From an uncultured Methanoregulaceae archaeon (GTDB lineage: Archaea > Halobacteriota > Methanomicrobia > Methanomicrobiales > Methanospirillaceae): a stretch of 64,000 nt of DNA. The translations under genes were made by a program, and so were the position numbers. Below, piece after piece: positions 49,514-58,959 of the stretch. Each line of letters opens with the position of its first letter. Positions within the stretch are counted from its first letter, which is position 1. The notes below the pieces were generated by a model. The model was not told the origin of the DNA and ran no database searches. It worked only from the letters and a program-made list of their open reading frames with translations. The stretch lies in assembly GCA_963701095.1 (NCBI GenBank), contig OY969564.1:1856001-1920000 (forward strand). The letters run 5' to 3'.

Positions 49514-50748
49514 TCATGCCCCGTATTTATGCGCCTGATTTATGAGATCGAGCGCGGTAGGCAGGAGTTCTGCCCCCGTGATCCGGCAGAGGCCGCCCCG
49601 CGCGCAGGCGCGTTCTCCGTATTCCTTCACATAGTCTACCCGGACGCCGTCACCGTAGATTATCACCGGCACCGGGTCAGCGCTGTGGTCTTTGATCGAG
49701 CAGGGCGTGGAATGATCGGCACAGACAATGACGATACAATCCCTGATGTCGAGAAGTGGTCCGAGTACAGTATCGATCTTTTCGATGAATGCTTTTTTTT
49801 GTATCGCCAGACCATCATGGCCGGACTCATCGGCTCCCTTGATATTGACGAGCACGAAGTCTTTTCTTTCAAGTTCGGTTATCGCTGCCGTAATTTTTCC
49901 TTTGATATTGCTATTCTGCGACCCGGTAATTCCTGCGACCGGTACCTGGGTCAGACCGACTGCGTTACCGATGCCGGATATCAGGCTTGCCGCTGCTATC
50001 ACGCTCCCAGATAAACCGTATTTTTTGTCGAACGGCTCGAAATTTCCCATTTCGCCGGCCCCCCGCATAAGAATTATATTTGCCGGTCCCAGACCATCCC
50101 TCATTCGCTCGCTGTTTACTGGATGATCAAAAAGGATTTTCCCCGATTGCCGGATGAACTCGTTGCAGACTTCAGCTGTTTTCTTGTCTTGTGCTTGATC
50201 CTTGACCGGAATGATCGTTAGGGGGGCCACGTGATCCTTTTTGGGATCGTTTGAGGAGACGCAGTGGCCGAGCCCTTCCCCTTTGAGTGCAAGGGCAGCC
50301 CTGTGACCGGCCCGGACCGGAACACAAATTCTACGCCAAATTTCAAGAGATCGACCCCGTCCTGGACAGCCTGAGATAAATCTGCGGTATCATGAATCCG
50401 CCCGGCCCGTCTGTCGATAACGAGACCTTCCGGTGACAGTGTTGCATAGTTGCATCGGAAACCAATCATGCCCGGTTCCATGCGGATGCCAGAACCCACG
50501 CATTCAAGAGGGCCACGGCCGGTGTAGTATTTTCGTGGGTCATAGCCAAGAAGCGCGAGATGTGCCGTATCGGAGCCGGGTCTGATGCCGGCTGCGATTG
50601 TGTCCATGATCCCACACACTCCTCCGGCAGCAAGCCGGTCGAGCACCGGGTGGTTTGCAGCTTCAAGAGGGGTCCGGTTACCCAGTTCCGGGCAGGGCCT
50701 GTCTGACAACCCGTCAATGATGAGAAACAAAATCTTGTGGGCAGTCAT
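49514..50748 (-). CDS. apgM: 2,3-bisphosphoglycerate-independent phosphoglycerate mutase (split by a 1-nt deletion near 50312)
   Basis: IIDGLSD, TPLE, PGSDTAHL, YTGRGPLE, restored GAGHRAAL, KGADESGHDG, ADHSTP, HSADPVP. Confidence 0.92.
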
Positions 50749-50868
50749 TCTTGAAGATTGTTTGGACTCGGGGATTAATTATGTTTCCCGGTTTTATCGC
50801 GTCAAAATAGGCTGAACATCGGCCAAAACAAGCGGTATCCCTGACCCATGAGGTAAGATGAAAAAATT

Positions 50869-51474
50869 TTACTTTGTTGAGACCGGTGCAGCGACCGGTT
50901 CGACCTTGGACTTTATGATCTCGACCCGGCGGGTGGGGTAGAGGGTCTTTACGACCTTGAAGAGATCGCGTGAGATCTCACCCGAGGTGATCCCGTTAAC
51001 GAGCGTTGTTAAGTCCCATGCTTGTGCCTGTGTCGCGAGACTTGCTGTGATCGCGTTCCTAAGCGCATGTTCCTGGGCGATGTTTGCCCGGGCAAAGGTA
51101 TAGCAGCTGATCGTGAGACGGACTTTCTTGTTGTCTTTGGTGATGATCTGCACATGACAGTCCACACGCGAGCTGCGCCGCTTGACCAGGGATCGCAGGT
51201 AGTCACGGGTCACTTCGTGGCCGACAAACTCGGTATACGCCGCGTCGCCGGTAACATCGGCGATCTTAAAACTCATCTTGATGTGCTGTTTGGCGTAATC
51301 GTTGGTGATCTCGCCAAGGGTCGACTGCATAATCCTGCCCCGAACCGTCTCCACATCGTTTGCAATGGTGTCACCGATATACGCCTTGCCGAGATTGTCG
51401 GGGGTGTATACCTTGAACCAGCTCTTGGCTTTCCAGCCTTCAACTCTTCTTCCAACCTGTTTTTTCTTTGCCAT
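50869..51474 (-). CDS. rps3ae: 30S ribosomal protein S3Ae (eS1)
   Basis: WKAKSWF, GHEVTRDYLRSLVKRRSS, YPTRRVEIIKS. Confidence 0.95.
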   Translation of the reverse strand: MAKKKQVGRRVEGWKAKSWFKVYTPDNLGKAYIGDTIANDVETVRGRIMQSTLGEITNDYAKQHIKMSFKIADVTGDAAYTEFVGHEVTRDYLRSLVKRRSSRVDCHVQIITKDNKKVRLTISCYTFARANIAQEHALRNAITASLATQAQAWDLTTLVNGITSGEISRDLFKVVKTLYPTRRVEIIKSKVEPVAAPVSTK

Positions 51475-51494
51475 GGTATCAACTCTGGATTTTT

Positions 51495-51746
51495 TTATTC
51501 CCTCTTTTCATTCATTCCCTGTTTATGGTGCGGGAGCCCTGTTGTCTCATCCGCGATTGCCAGATTCATCAGGTAGTCGTCCACTGATGCGATGACCGAT
51601 CGGATCTGCGTACCTTCGACAGTCGTCATGACCGTATTACCCCCCGAAGTGGTAGTCATGCTCCTGAGATTGTCGGGTGCAAGTGACAATGCCACGCAGG
51701 AAGCATCCGTGTGAACAGTGGTGATAAAGCCTCGTATCTTCATCAT
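51495..51746 (-). CDS. pcc1: KEOPS complex subunit Pcc1
   Basis: SLAPDN..SVIASVDDYLMNLAIA; conserved position between the DHH gene and rps3ae. Confidence 0.8.
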   Translation of the reverse strand: MMKIRGFITTVHTDASCVALSLAPDNLRSMTTTSGGNTVMTTVEGTQIRSVIASVDDYLMNLAIADETTGLPHHKQGMNEKRE

Positions 51747-52960
51747 ACAGAAAGCCCCTCCTGCCACCCTTTCATGAAATCTCCAAGCCGGTTGCAGGGG
51801 ACAGTTGCCCCAGCGCGGTTATGATGGCCCCCACCGGTTCCTCCGCATGTGGCGGCGAGATTCCGGACAAGCGGCCCAAGATCTGCTTCGACACCCCGGG
51901 GCAGGCGGGCTGATATACGACAATCTCCCCCGTTTCGCGCATATATGAGCACCGGTGTCTGGTGAACCCAGTCCCGGGCAAGCACGTCAGCCATGTCGCT
52001 TGCAACCACAGCATCTGTGCACTCGTAAATCGCTTCACCGTTATGTGCGGGCTGAACTGTTTTTAGTGCATCAATAACGGCGAGATGGTGTCGCCGAGCA
52101 GTCTCCCAAGCCTCTCCGATTTCTGCTGATGAACGTAAACAGAGTGCAACCGCAAGGTCACCGTGACCTGATTTGCCGCAGGCATCAATAACGGCAGTGA
52201 GCGCATGGGCATCCTCTATAACCTCGCGCTGGAGGTGAACGGTGTCGCCGTAGAGCAGCGTTAGGCCGTCAGCGGAAGCCTGTGGTGCAGACGTGAGCAC
52301 TGCAAGACTCATAAGCACATCTTGTCTGATGCCATTTTCTCCCTGGGCATCGGAGATGAGGTCAGCTACAGCGGAATCGTTACCGCTGATCCCAGCGAGA
52401 TACGGACGGATGGCGAGCAGCCATTTCTCTGCCATGTCGCGGCCGGCAAGTGTCTGTCCCTTGTCCGGAACGATAATACCGTTTGCCACTCCTTCGTTGA
52501 AGATCTCGAGGTTTTTGCCGATGAATTCCTGCCCGTCACCGATGATGCCTGGGATCACAAGGCCGGCAAGGTCCTGGTTGTTACCCATTTCCTGGGCGAC
52601 AATGTATGCCATACCGGCAGCGGAAAGCTCCCGGTCGCCGTCGATTTTTTCAAGCCGGGGATTCGCGTGGAATTGCCCGGAAAACAGCGGCAGGTGGTGA
52701 TCCACAACTATCGTTTCCGGTGGCAGGTCATCCCTGCCAGACCCGAGATCGCACAGGAGTGATGCTGTATCGTTGGAGAGTGATTCAGAAGAAACCTCGG
52801 CACAGACTCTGAGCCGGAACCGTATGCCAGTCCGGAGCATCGCATGACAGAGAATAGCTCCGGCTGCAATCCCGTCTGCATCGTGATGTGCATACACTTC
52901 TACGAACTGCTGGCGGCGAATCTGATCGGCAACGGTTTTTACGGTTTCTACAAGCGACAT
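51743..52960 (-). CDS. RecJ-like DHH/DHHA1 family protein
   Basis: HHDADG, CDLGS, VDHH, GIIGD, SAR, GGGH..AGA; conserved rps15-DHH-pcc1-rps3ae order. Confidence 0.85.
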   Translation of the reverse strand: MSLVETVKTVADQIRRQQFVEVYAHHDADGIAAGAILCHAMLRTGIRFRLRVCAEVSSESLSNDTASLLCDLGSGRDDLPPETIVVDHHLPLFSGQFHANPRLEKIDGDRELSAAGMAYIVAQEMGNNQDLAGLVIPGIIGDGQEFIGKNLEIFNEGVANGIIVPDKGQTLAGRDMAEKWLLAIRPYLAGISGNDSAVADLISDAQGENGIRQDVLMSLAVLTSAPQASADGLTLLYGDTVHLQREVIEDAHALTAVIDACGKSGHGDLAVALCLRSSAEIGEAWETARRHHLAVIDALKTVQPAHNGEAIYECTDAVVASDMADVLARDWVHQTPVLIYARNGGDCRISARLPRGVEADLGPLVRNLAATCGGTGGGHHNRAGATVPCNRLGDFMKGWQEGLSV

Positions 52961-52986
52961 GGGCACCTTTGGACGAAGTCTCTGAC

Positions 52987-53445
52987 TTATCTGGATAACA
53001 GGATCTCAGCGTTCTCCGGCTTGTACGTAAAGCCTTCGGGCAGCTTCTTTGTACCTGTGTAATATCTCACAAGGCGACGGATCTTGGCTTCTACTAAGTG
53101 AAGCTGGCGCTTGTTGTGCAGATCCTTTTTATTGTCGCCCAAGTGTTTCCGTAACCCGAGTGCCTTTATCATAAGGTCGCGAAGATCTTCGGGAATCTCG
53201 GAGCTTACCTTGTTTTCTTTAAGGATATCTCCGATGCGCTTCCCGGTGATCATTTTTACGTCAGGGACACCGTAGCGGTCCCGAAGGATCAGCCCGATCA
53301 TACTGCCTGATGTGCCTTCTTTGCGGAGATCGACGATAAGTTTCTCGATCGCTGCCTTGTCCGTGTTGGACCAAGCAGGCGCTTCTTTTCGCGCAGGCCG
53401 CACAGAGCATGATTTTCCTCTTCTTCTGGCGTGCATTCTTGCCAT
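52987..53445 (-). CDS. rps15: 30S ribosomal protein S15 (uS15)
   Basis: MARMHARRRGKS, IGLILRDRYG, PEDL, EAKIRRLVRYY. Confidence 0.96.
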   Translation of the reverse strand: MARMHARRRGKSCSVRPARKEAPAWSNTDKAAIEKLIVDLRKEGTSGSMIGLILRDRYGVPDVKMITGKRIGDILKENKVSSEIPEDLRDLMIKALGLRKHLGDNKKDLHNKRQLHLVEAKIRRLVRYYTGTKKLPEGFTYKPENAEILLSR

Positions 53446-53566
53446 AGTTATACCTCCTGTTAAGTAATGTAAGTCCAGAAAAGTGCAGCATGCTTACTGA
53501 CTCTCTGTAATCCCAAAGCCACGTTTGAGGCCGTGCCTGAATTGGCACGTCGGACTTACATCTGTC
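53446..53566 (-). ncRNA. Structured rps15 leader (S15 r-leader, Methanomicrobia type)
   Basis: Perfect 10-bp stem ATGTAAGTCC/GGACTTACAT (53467-76 / 53552-61) enclosing hairpin CGTGCC/GGCACG (53532-49), just 5' of the GGAGG SD. Confidence 0.7.
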
Positions 53567-53719
53567 AGCACCCAATAAAAGTGCTGGTCTATTATAGTCT
53601 GCTGGAAATATTAAGGATATCTGTTGACTGATCAATTCATTGAGTGTGTGGTCAGGCGGCACCTATACCGGGGCCGGCAAATATCTTTTTTACCGTGAGA
53701 AAGAGAGAAGGAAGGTACG

Positions 53720-54454
53720 ATGGATGAACATTGTGGGGAAGTCCCCGAGGATATTGTCATCCGGTTCCGGGATTGTTTCTCTGTTCGGTATATCCAGTCT
53801 GCAGCACTCCTTTGCCGGCTTGGATATTGCCTGGAGCAAGAATATACATCTTCCGGAATGCTCTCTGCCGATCAGCGTATTCAACATGAGGCCTTCATTC
53901 TCAACGCGCTTTTTTCAACAGTGGCATTCCTTGAGTCTACGATAAACGAGCTCTGGTCAGATGCAGCGGACAATGCGTACTTCTTCTCAGACGAGAAGAT
54001 CGAGGCATTGTTACACACGATTGGGGTGAAATGGAAGAATGAGAACTATTTTGACCGGACGCCGCTCCCGGCAAAATACCAGAAAATTCTTGAAATAGGT
54101 CAAAAACCGCAGTTTTCCGAAGACGATCCGGATTTCTCCGGGATCCGGGACCTTATCGGCATCAGGAACTACCTGATGCATTACCGACGCGAATGGGTCG
54201 TTATCCAGACTGGCCAGACCGCTGGTGTCCATGGTGAGACGAATGCGGAAAAATTCGAGCGACTTCTAAAAAACCGGTTTGCGGAAAATCCGCTTGCCCG
54301 GAAAAATCTACCCTTCTTTCCGGACAGGTGCCTTGGTCACGGATGTGCCGAATGGGCGGCAGTGACCTGCCTGTCGTTCACTGACCGGTTTTTCAACAGT
54401 CTTGGTTTACCGGCCCCTTATGACGGGATCCGAGATGAACTGGTAACCCGTTAA
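53720..54454 (+). CDS. Hypothetical protein, HEPN-like
   Basis: Helical protein with AFLESTINE and an RxxxxH motif (RNYLMH). Confidence 0.65.
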   Translation: MDEHCGEVPEDIVIRFRDCFSVRYIQSAALLCRLGYCLEQEYTSSGMLSADQRIQHEAFILNALFSTVAFLESTINELWSDAADNAYFFSDEKIEALLHTIGVKWKNENYFDRTPLPAKYQKILEIGQKPQFSEDDPDFSGIRDLIGIRNYLMHYRREWVVIQTGQTAGVHGETNAEKFERLLKNRFAENPLARKNLPFFPDRCLGHGCAEWAAVTCLSFTDRFFNSLGLPAPYDGIRDELVTR

Positions 54455-54580
54455 AATGGTCGCATCGTTTGATCCTTTCAGATGAGATCAGGTCAAAGAA
54501 ACCTATGCCTGAAAAAAAATCTTTGAAGATTTACTGAAATTGTTGGAAGGAAAAAGTTCCTGGAAGCCCTGCATGGGCTC

Positions 54581-54994
54581 TTACCGTTTTTTCCCCTTCT
54601 TCTTTTTTGGCTCGTTCTTTGCCATCGACATAAGATCGATGATGTAACTACCCTCTTCATCACCAATACTTACAATCCGCTCATCGCTTTTTGCCATTTT
54701 ATCAATGTTGAGTTCGTATGAGCCTGGACCTACTATCCGGATCGTTTCGACCCGATCGAACATCTCGACTTCTTTTTTTGGTTTTCCCTTGGCTACGGGC
54801 TCAACCACTTCGAGAACTTCTTCTTTTGATTCGCCTGCAATTTCCTCTATCGTCTTCTCTTCGAACACGTCCTTGTTAATCTCGGACTCTTTTACGTAAA
54901 GGAACTTCTTGCCGCCGCAGCTTGCACATCCCTTGAGGATTTCGGTTGAACCGTCCTTGTATTCCCTGCCGCATTTGGTACATTTGTGTGGCAT
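54581..54994 (-). CDS. Zn-ribbon protein (OapC/DUF2072-like)
   Basis: MPHKCTKCG..ILKGCASCGGKKF..ETIRIVGPGSYELN..EGSYIIDL. Confidence 0.85.
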   Translation of the reverse strand: MPHKCTKCGREYKDGSTEILKGCASCGGKKFLYVKESEINKDVFEEKTIEEIAGESKEEVLEVVEPVAKGKPKKEVEMFDRVETIRIVGPGSYELNIDKMAKSDERIVSIGDEEGSYIIDLMSMAKNEPKKKKGKKR

Positions 54995-55007
54995 GATCCC
55001 TCAACCT

Positions 55008-55661
55008 TCAGGCAAAGTTATGGATCATCTTCTCATACAGCTCTTCTGTATTCCTTCCCTCAAGCCCTGATATCGCGACAACGGGGTGCTGGGGAAAGGC
55101 GCTCCGGATCCTGGCGGGAGCCGCGTCAGGCAGATCAATCTTATTAGCGACAATGATAACAGGAAGCTTCCGGCTTTCGATGATCCCAACCATCATGATA
55201 TTTACCTGCATGAAGGGATCGAGAGTCGAATCCAGCATATAGATAACGCCATCTATATCTTCTCGTAACCAGTGCATTGCTTCCGCTACTCCTTCGGTGG
55301 CTTCCCGTGCACGAATGATCGCTTCATCTTTCTCCATGCCGAATTCGAGAAACTCGTGGTAATCGATCTTGGTGGTCACTCCTGGAGTATCTACGATATC
55401 TATCGTTACTCTATGGCCATTTGCACCAGTAATAACAATGTCCTCACGTTTACGCGCCCGTCGGGTTTCATGAGGGATCTCACTAACCGGTCCGACCGCA
55501 TCACCTGTCCAATCCCGGGCGATCCGGTTGGCGAGAGTCGTTTTTCCGGCGTTTGGCGGTCCATAAATACCGATCCTTGTCCGCTTCTTCTTAAAAAACC
55601 GCCGGAGAAATACAGAAAATCTTTTCTTTGCACTCCCCAATGTCCTTGAAAATGTCGTCAT
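55008..55661 (-). CDS. Era-like small GTPase (OapA-like)
   Basis: GPPNAGKTT, PHETRR, DTPG, RAREATEGV, NKID, SG. Confidence 0.88.
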   Translation of the reverse strand: MTTFSRTLGSAKKRFSVFLRRFFKKKRTRIGIYGPPNAGKTTLANRIARDWTGDAVGPVSEIPHETRRARKREDIVITGANGHRVTIDIVDTPGVTTKIDYHEFLEFGMEKDEAIIRAREATEGVAEAMHWLREDIDGVIYMLDSTLDPFMQVNIMMVGIIESRKLPVIIVANKIDLPDAAPARIRSAFPQHPVVAISGLEGRNTEELYEKMIHNFA

Positions 55662-55726
55662 AGGGTCCCTCTTTTTGTTTAGATGCAGGCCGGTACTACC
55701 GGTTTACCATCAACTGTTGTAATGTT

Positions 55727-55871
55727 TGGAAAGGATGCTTTATTAGGTTTCTCGTGATTGTCCGTCAGGAGATTTCCGATATGGGTGTTTCTGGGGCACC
55801 ATTTTTATTACCCTGCTGCATAGCCTATGCCAATGCCACATGCTATTTATACAAAGGGTGGAAAGGATGCT
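55727..55871 (+). repeat. 13-bp direct repeat TGGAAAGGATGCT (55727-55739 and 55859-55871)
   Basis: Two exact copies in the divergent oapA/CBS intergenic region. Confidence 0.6.
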
Positions 55872-55910
55872 AATTGTAATCATCAGCCAAGCACTTCAAG
55901 GAGGTGACTC

Positions 55911-56477
55911 ATGAAAAAGACAACCAACACGATCCGGTTTGAAACACGCGTCCCATTGAACGATGTGATGAAACGCAACCCGATTATGATAAGTATTGAG
56001 GCAAATGTCGCAAAAGCAGCGAAAGCCATGTGCAGCGAAGAAGTCGGGAGTGTTATCATCCTCAGGAATAACGAGCCAATCGGTATTGTTACTGAAGAGG
56101 ATATTAATTGCAAAGTGGTGGCAAAAGATCTCAAACCAAGTACAGTTCAGGTGAGTACAATCATGAGTACGCCACTCATTACGGTGAGTGCGGACAAGAC
56201 GGTAGTCGATGCAGCCCAGATGATGGTCAAGCATAAGGTCAGAAGACTCCCCGTAGTGGATAAGAAAGGAAAGGTTATCGGCATAGTAACAGTGAGAGAT
56301 CTCCTGACCGTTTCGAATGAGCAAAACGAGCTCCTGACTGATCTCATAGAGATCAACCGGGAGGATAATATCGAGGTGGGCATGTGCAGTCGATGCAGTC
56401 AGATGTCTGATGATCTTAAACGGGTGGACAGTGTCCTTCTCTGCCCCCGCTGCCGTGAGGAGGACACCCTTACATGA
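55911..56477 (+). CDS. CBS pair protein with C-terminal Zn-ribbon
   Basis: Two CBS repeats; CSRC..LCPRC. Confidence 0.88.
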   Translation: MKKTTNTIRFETRVPLNDVMKRNPIMISIEANVAKAAKAMCSEEVGSVIILRNNEPIGIVTEEDINCKVVAKDLKPSTVQVSTIMSTPLITVSADKTVVDAAQMMVKHKVRRLPVVDKKGKVIGIVTVRDLLTVSNEQNELLTDLIEINREDNIEVGMCSRCSQMSDDLKRVDSVLLCPRCREEDTLT

Positions 56478-57223
56478 AAACAGCACGGGATTTCATGCTT
56501 GAGATTCCTGTGCTTACGTATCATGACGGGATAACTAAGGCACGGCAGATTCTTAGAGACGATCGGTACCGAGAGGTTTATGTTACCGGTGTAAAAAAAG
56601 ACCTGCTGGGGTATATCGATATCACCGATGCTTTGCGGGTGACCGCGACGAAATCGAATGTAACTGTAGAAGGATTTGTTAAGGAGGCAGCAAGCGCCGG
56701 CCCTGATACATCTATCGAGAGTGTAGCACAATCTATGCGGAAATTTTCAACGGATAGCGCAGTGATCGTTGACCCATGCCGTCATATTTTAGGTGGTGTG
56801 CTTCTTTCTGATCTGTTCCCGGTTATTATCTCAAGAAATGAGCTTTCCGGGAGGGTTAGTACGCGTATGTCAACAAAGATTGCCACTGCCGATCCTAACG
56901 ATACGCTCCAGCAGATTCATGCGAAGATCGTGGAAAGCGGGTTCACAGCTTTCCCTGTTATCAGGAAAAAGCGGATCGTGGGTTTTATTTCCCGCAGGGA
57001 CCTGATACGGTCAGGGGGTGTGAGGTCTTCACTTGCCCAGAATAGCACAAAAACGGTAGGAGAGATGATGACAAAAGAAGTGATCAGTGTCCATGGCGGG
57101 GCATCGCTTTCCGAAGCTGCCCGTCTTATGGTGGAAAATGATATAAGCCGGCTTCCCGTTATCGAAGGGGAGTCTATTGTTGGCATTGTTGATCGCCACG
57201 ACATTCTTGCCGGATTGGCATGA
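56474..57223 (+). CDS. CBS domain protein (4 CBS)
   Basis: Repeated CBS motifs (AFPVI, SRLPVI..GIVDRHDI). Confidence 0.87.
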   Translation: MKTARDFMLEIPVLTYHDGITKARQILRDDRYREVYVTGVKKDLLGYIDITDALRVTATKSNVTVEGFVKEAASAGPDTSIESVAQSMRKFSTDSAVIVDPCRHILGGVLLSDLFPVIISRNELSGRVSTRMSTKIATADPNDTLQQIHAKIVESGFTAFPVIRKKRIVGFISRRDLIRSGGVRSSLAQNSTKTVGEMMTKEVISVHGGASLSEAARLMVENDISRLPVIEGESIVGIVDRHDILAGLA

Positions 57224-57450
57224 CATGGTCTTTGGTTCAAAAAGGTAAACAGGTACTTCTGGATCGTAACAACCTGGTGACAAATCATTTTACGGCCCAA
57301 TGTACAGGAAAAGATGTGAGTATACTTCCCATGAATTACACGGGTAGGAAACGAACAGAATAAGATTCATCGGCCAGGTCATGAATCTCACCGCCTCCAA
57401 CGGAGATTACGGAGAGCTGAAATAGACCGGCCAGATAAAGGAGGGTATTA

Positions 57451-58395
57451 ATGCACCGGAACGGACAGGTTGCTGTCAAGCGGGGTGACCGGCTTCTGAA
57501 AATGCGGGGAAAACTTGACCGGGGCCCGATCGAGTTCAAATCCCATATTGTTCAGCAGGAAGGCGAGGTTATGGCGATAGCGACGCGGGATGTTATATCC
57601 GTGCCACCGACGCAAAAAATCATCAGTGCAGTAGCTACAATGACGGAGTGCGGCTTTCGCAGGTTGCCGGTCACCGATGCCGGCACAAAGAAGCTGCGGG
57701 GGATCGTTACTTCCGGTGATATTATCAACTTCCTTGGAGGAGGAGACAAGTATCGTTTGGTCAGTGTACGGCATAATGGGAATTTTACAGCTGCGGTCAA
57801 TGAAAGTGTTCGCACAATAATGACCGCAAAGCCCCAGACACTTTCGTGTGATGCTCATATTGTAGACGCCCTGCAGATTATTGTAGGCAAAAAGATTGGG
57901 GGACTCCCTATTGTCGATCACGATGGAACACTTGCCGGTATCCTTACTGAGCGAGATGTTCTCAGGGTGCTTGCTGCGGACCATAGCCCGTTATTTGTTG
58001 AGGATGTCATGAGTTCTTCCCTCAAGGTTACTGCCCCGGACAGTCCGATATCTGCGGTTACAAAAGATATGACACGGTTCAAGTTTCGCCGTCTGCCTGT
58101 AATAAGTAACGATGTACTCTTTGGGATAATCACCGCAACAGACATTATGCGGCATCTTGGGAACAGGGAGATTTTTGCCCGCCTTATCACTGGTGATGTA
58201 GCCGAGGTCATGAACCTCCCCGTGCGTACACTCATGGCTGGGAATCTATTTACTACGACAAAGAAAAAACCCATCAACGAAGCAGCCCGGGAAATGCTCC
58301 AGAGAAACATTGGAGCGTTGCCGGTTATTGACAACATGCGACTCGTTGGACTTGTGACCGAATTCGACCTCGTACGGGCGTTTTCCGAGGAGTAG
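57451..58395 (+). CDS. CBS domain protein (4 CBS)
   Basis: FRRLPV, IGGLPI, FRRLPV, IGALPV. Confidence 0.9.
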   Translation: MHRNGQVAVKRGDRLLKMRGKLDRGPIEFKSHIVQQEGEVMAIATRDVISVPPTQKIISAVATMTECGFRRLPVTDAGTKKLRGIVTSGDIINFLGGGDKYRLVSVRHNGNFTAAVNESVRTIMTAKPQTLSCDAHIVDALQIIVGKKIGGLPIVDHDGTLAGILTERDVLRVLAADHSPLFVEDVMSSSLKVTAPDSPISAVTKDMTRFKFRRLPVISNDVLFGIITATDIMRHLGNREIFARLITGDVAEVMNLPVRTLMAGNLFTTTKKKPINEAAREMLQRNIGALPVIDNMRLVGLVTEFDLVRAFSEE

Positions 58396-58401
58396 GCCCT
58401 T

Positions 58402-58959
58402 ATGTCAACCAACACCCTTGCTGCAAGCGATATCATAAGCAGCCCGGTCTTTGCAGTTTCTCCGAGGGATATTGTTGCCCATGCCCCGAACCTTATGGTG
58501 CGCCACAAGATCTCGCGTGTTCTTGTAATGGATGAGGGGAAACTTCCAGGAAAACTCACGAAAAAAGATATTGGTTACCGACTCCACCATCAGGGAGCCG
58601 TTTGGCGGAGGCGTTTTTCTGACCAGAACCGGGTTGCTGAATATGATATGCGGGACCCGGTTAGCGCTACACCTCTAATCTCGCCTCTTGTTATTGCGAG
58701 GATTTTCATTACAAAAAAAATTGGAAGTGTCCCGGTAATTGACAATGGAATTGTCGTCGGGATAGTCACGAAAGAGGATCTGATGAAGTCCGCTCTTGTA
58801 ACCGGCCTGCGTGGCACGATTCAGGACGTGACGGAGGATGCGGTTACAGCAGTTGCACTTATGCAATGTGAACAAGTCAATAACCTTGTTGTCGTCGAAC
58901 ACAACGCCCTTGCAGGGATTTTAAAAAGTGATGATATCATTAAGGAAGTGGCGAAATGA
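58402..58959 (+). CDS. CBS domain protein, short and possibly degenerate
   Basis: Two recognisable CBS repeats plus an abbreviated third/fourth; 185 aa vs ~250-310 aa for the 4-CBS neighbours. Confidence 0.7.
   Translation: MSTNTLAASDIISSPVFAVSPRDIVAHAPNLMVRHKISRVLVMDEGKLPGKLTKKDIGYRLHHQGAVWRRRFSDQNRVAEYDMRDPVSATPLISPLVIARIFITKKIGSVPVIDNGIVVGIVTKEDLMKSALVTGLRGTIQDVTEDAVTAVALMQCEQVNNLVVVEHNALAGILKSDDIIKEVAK

Noticed and set aside
625..50748. Split genes as true pseudogenes, phase variation or programmed frameshifting
   Set aside because: The breaks hit essential genes (infB, rps6e, ftsZ, spt5) and tRNAs, are single-base, leave both halves undecayed and share no slippery heptamer; sequencing error is far more likely.
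55662..55910. Replication origin next to the oap genes
   Set aside because: No cdc6/orc1, no full ORB (TCCA-x-TGGAAA plus G-string) and no extended AT-rich unwinding element; only a short repeat, reported separately.
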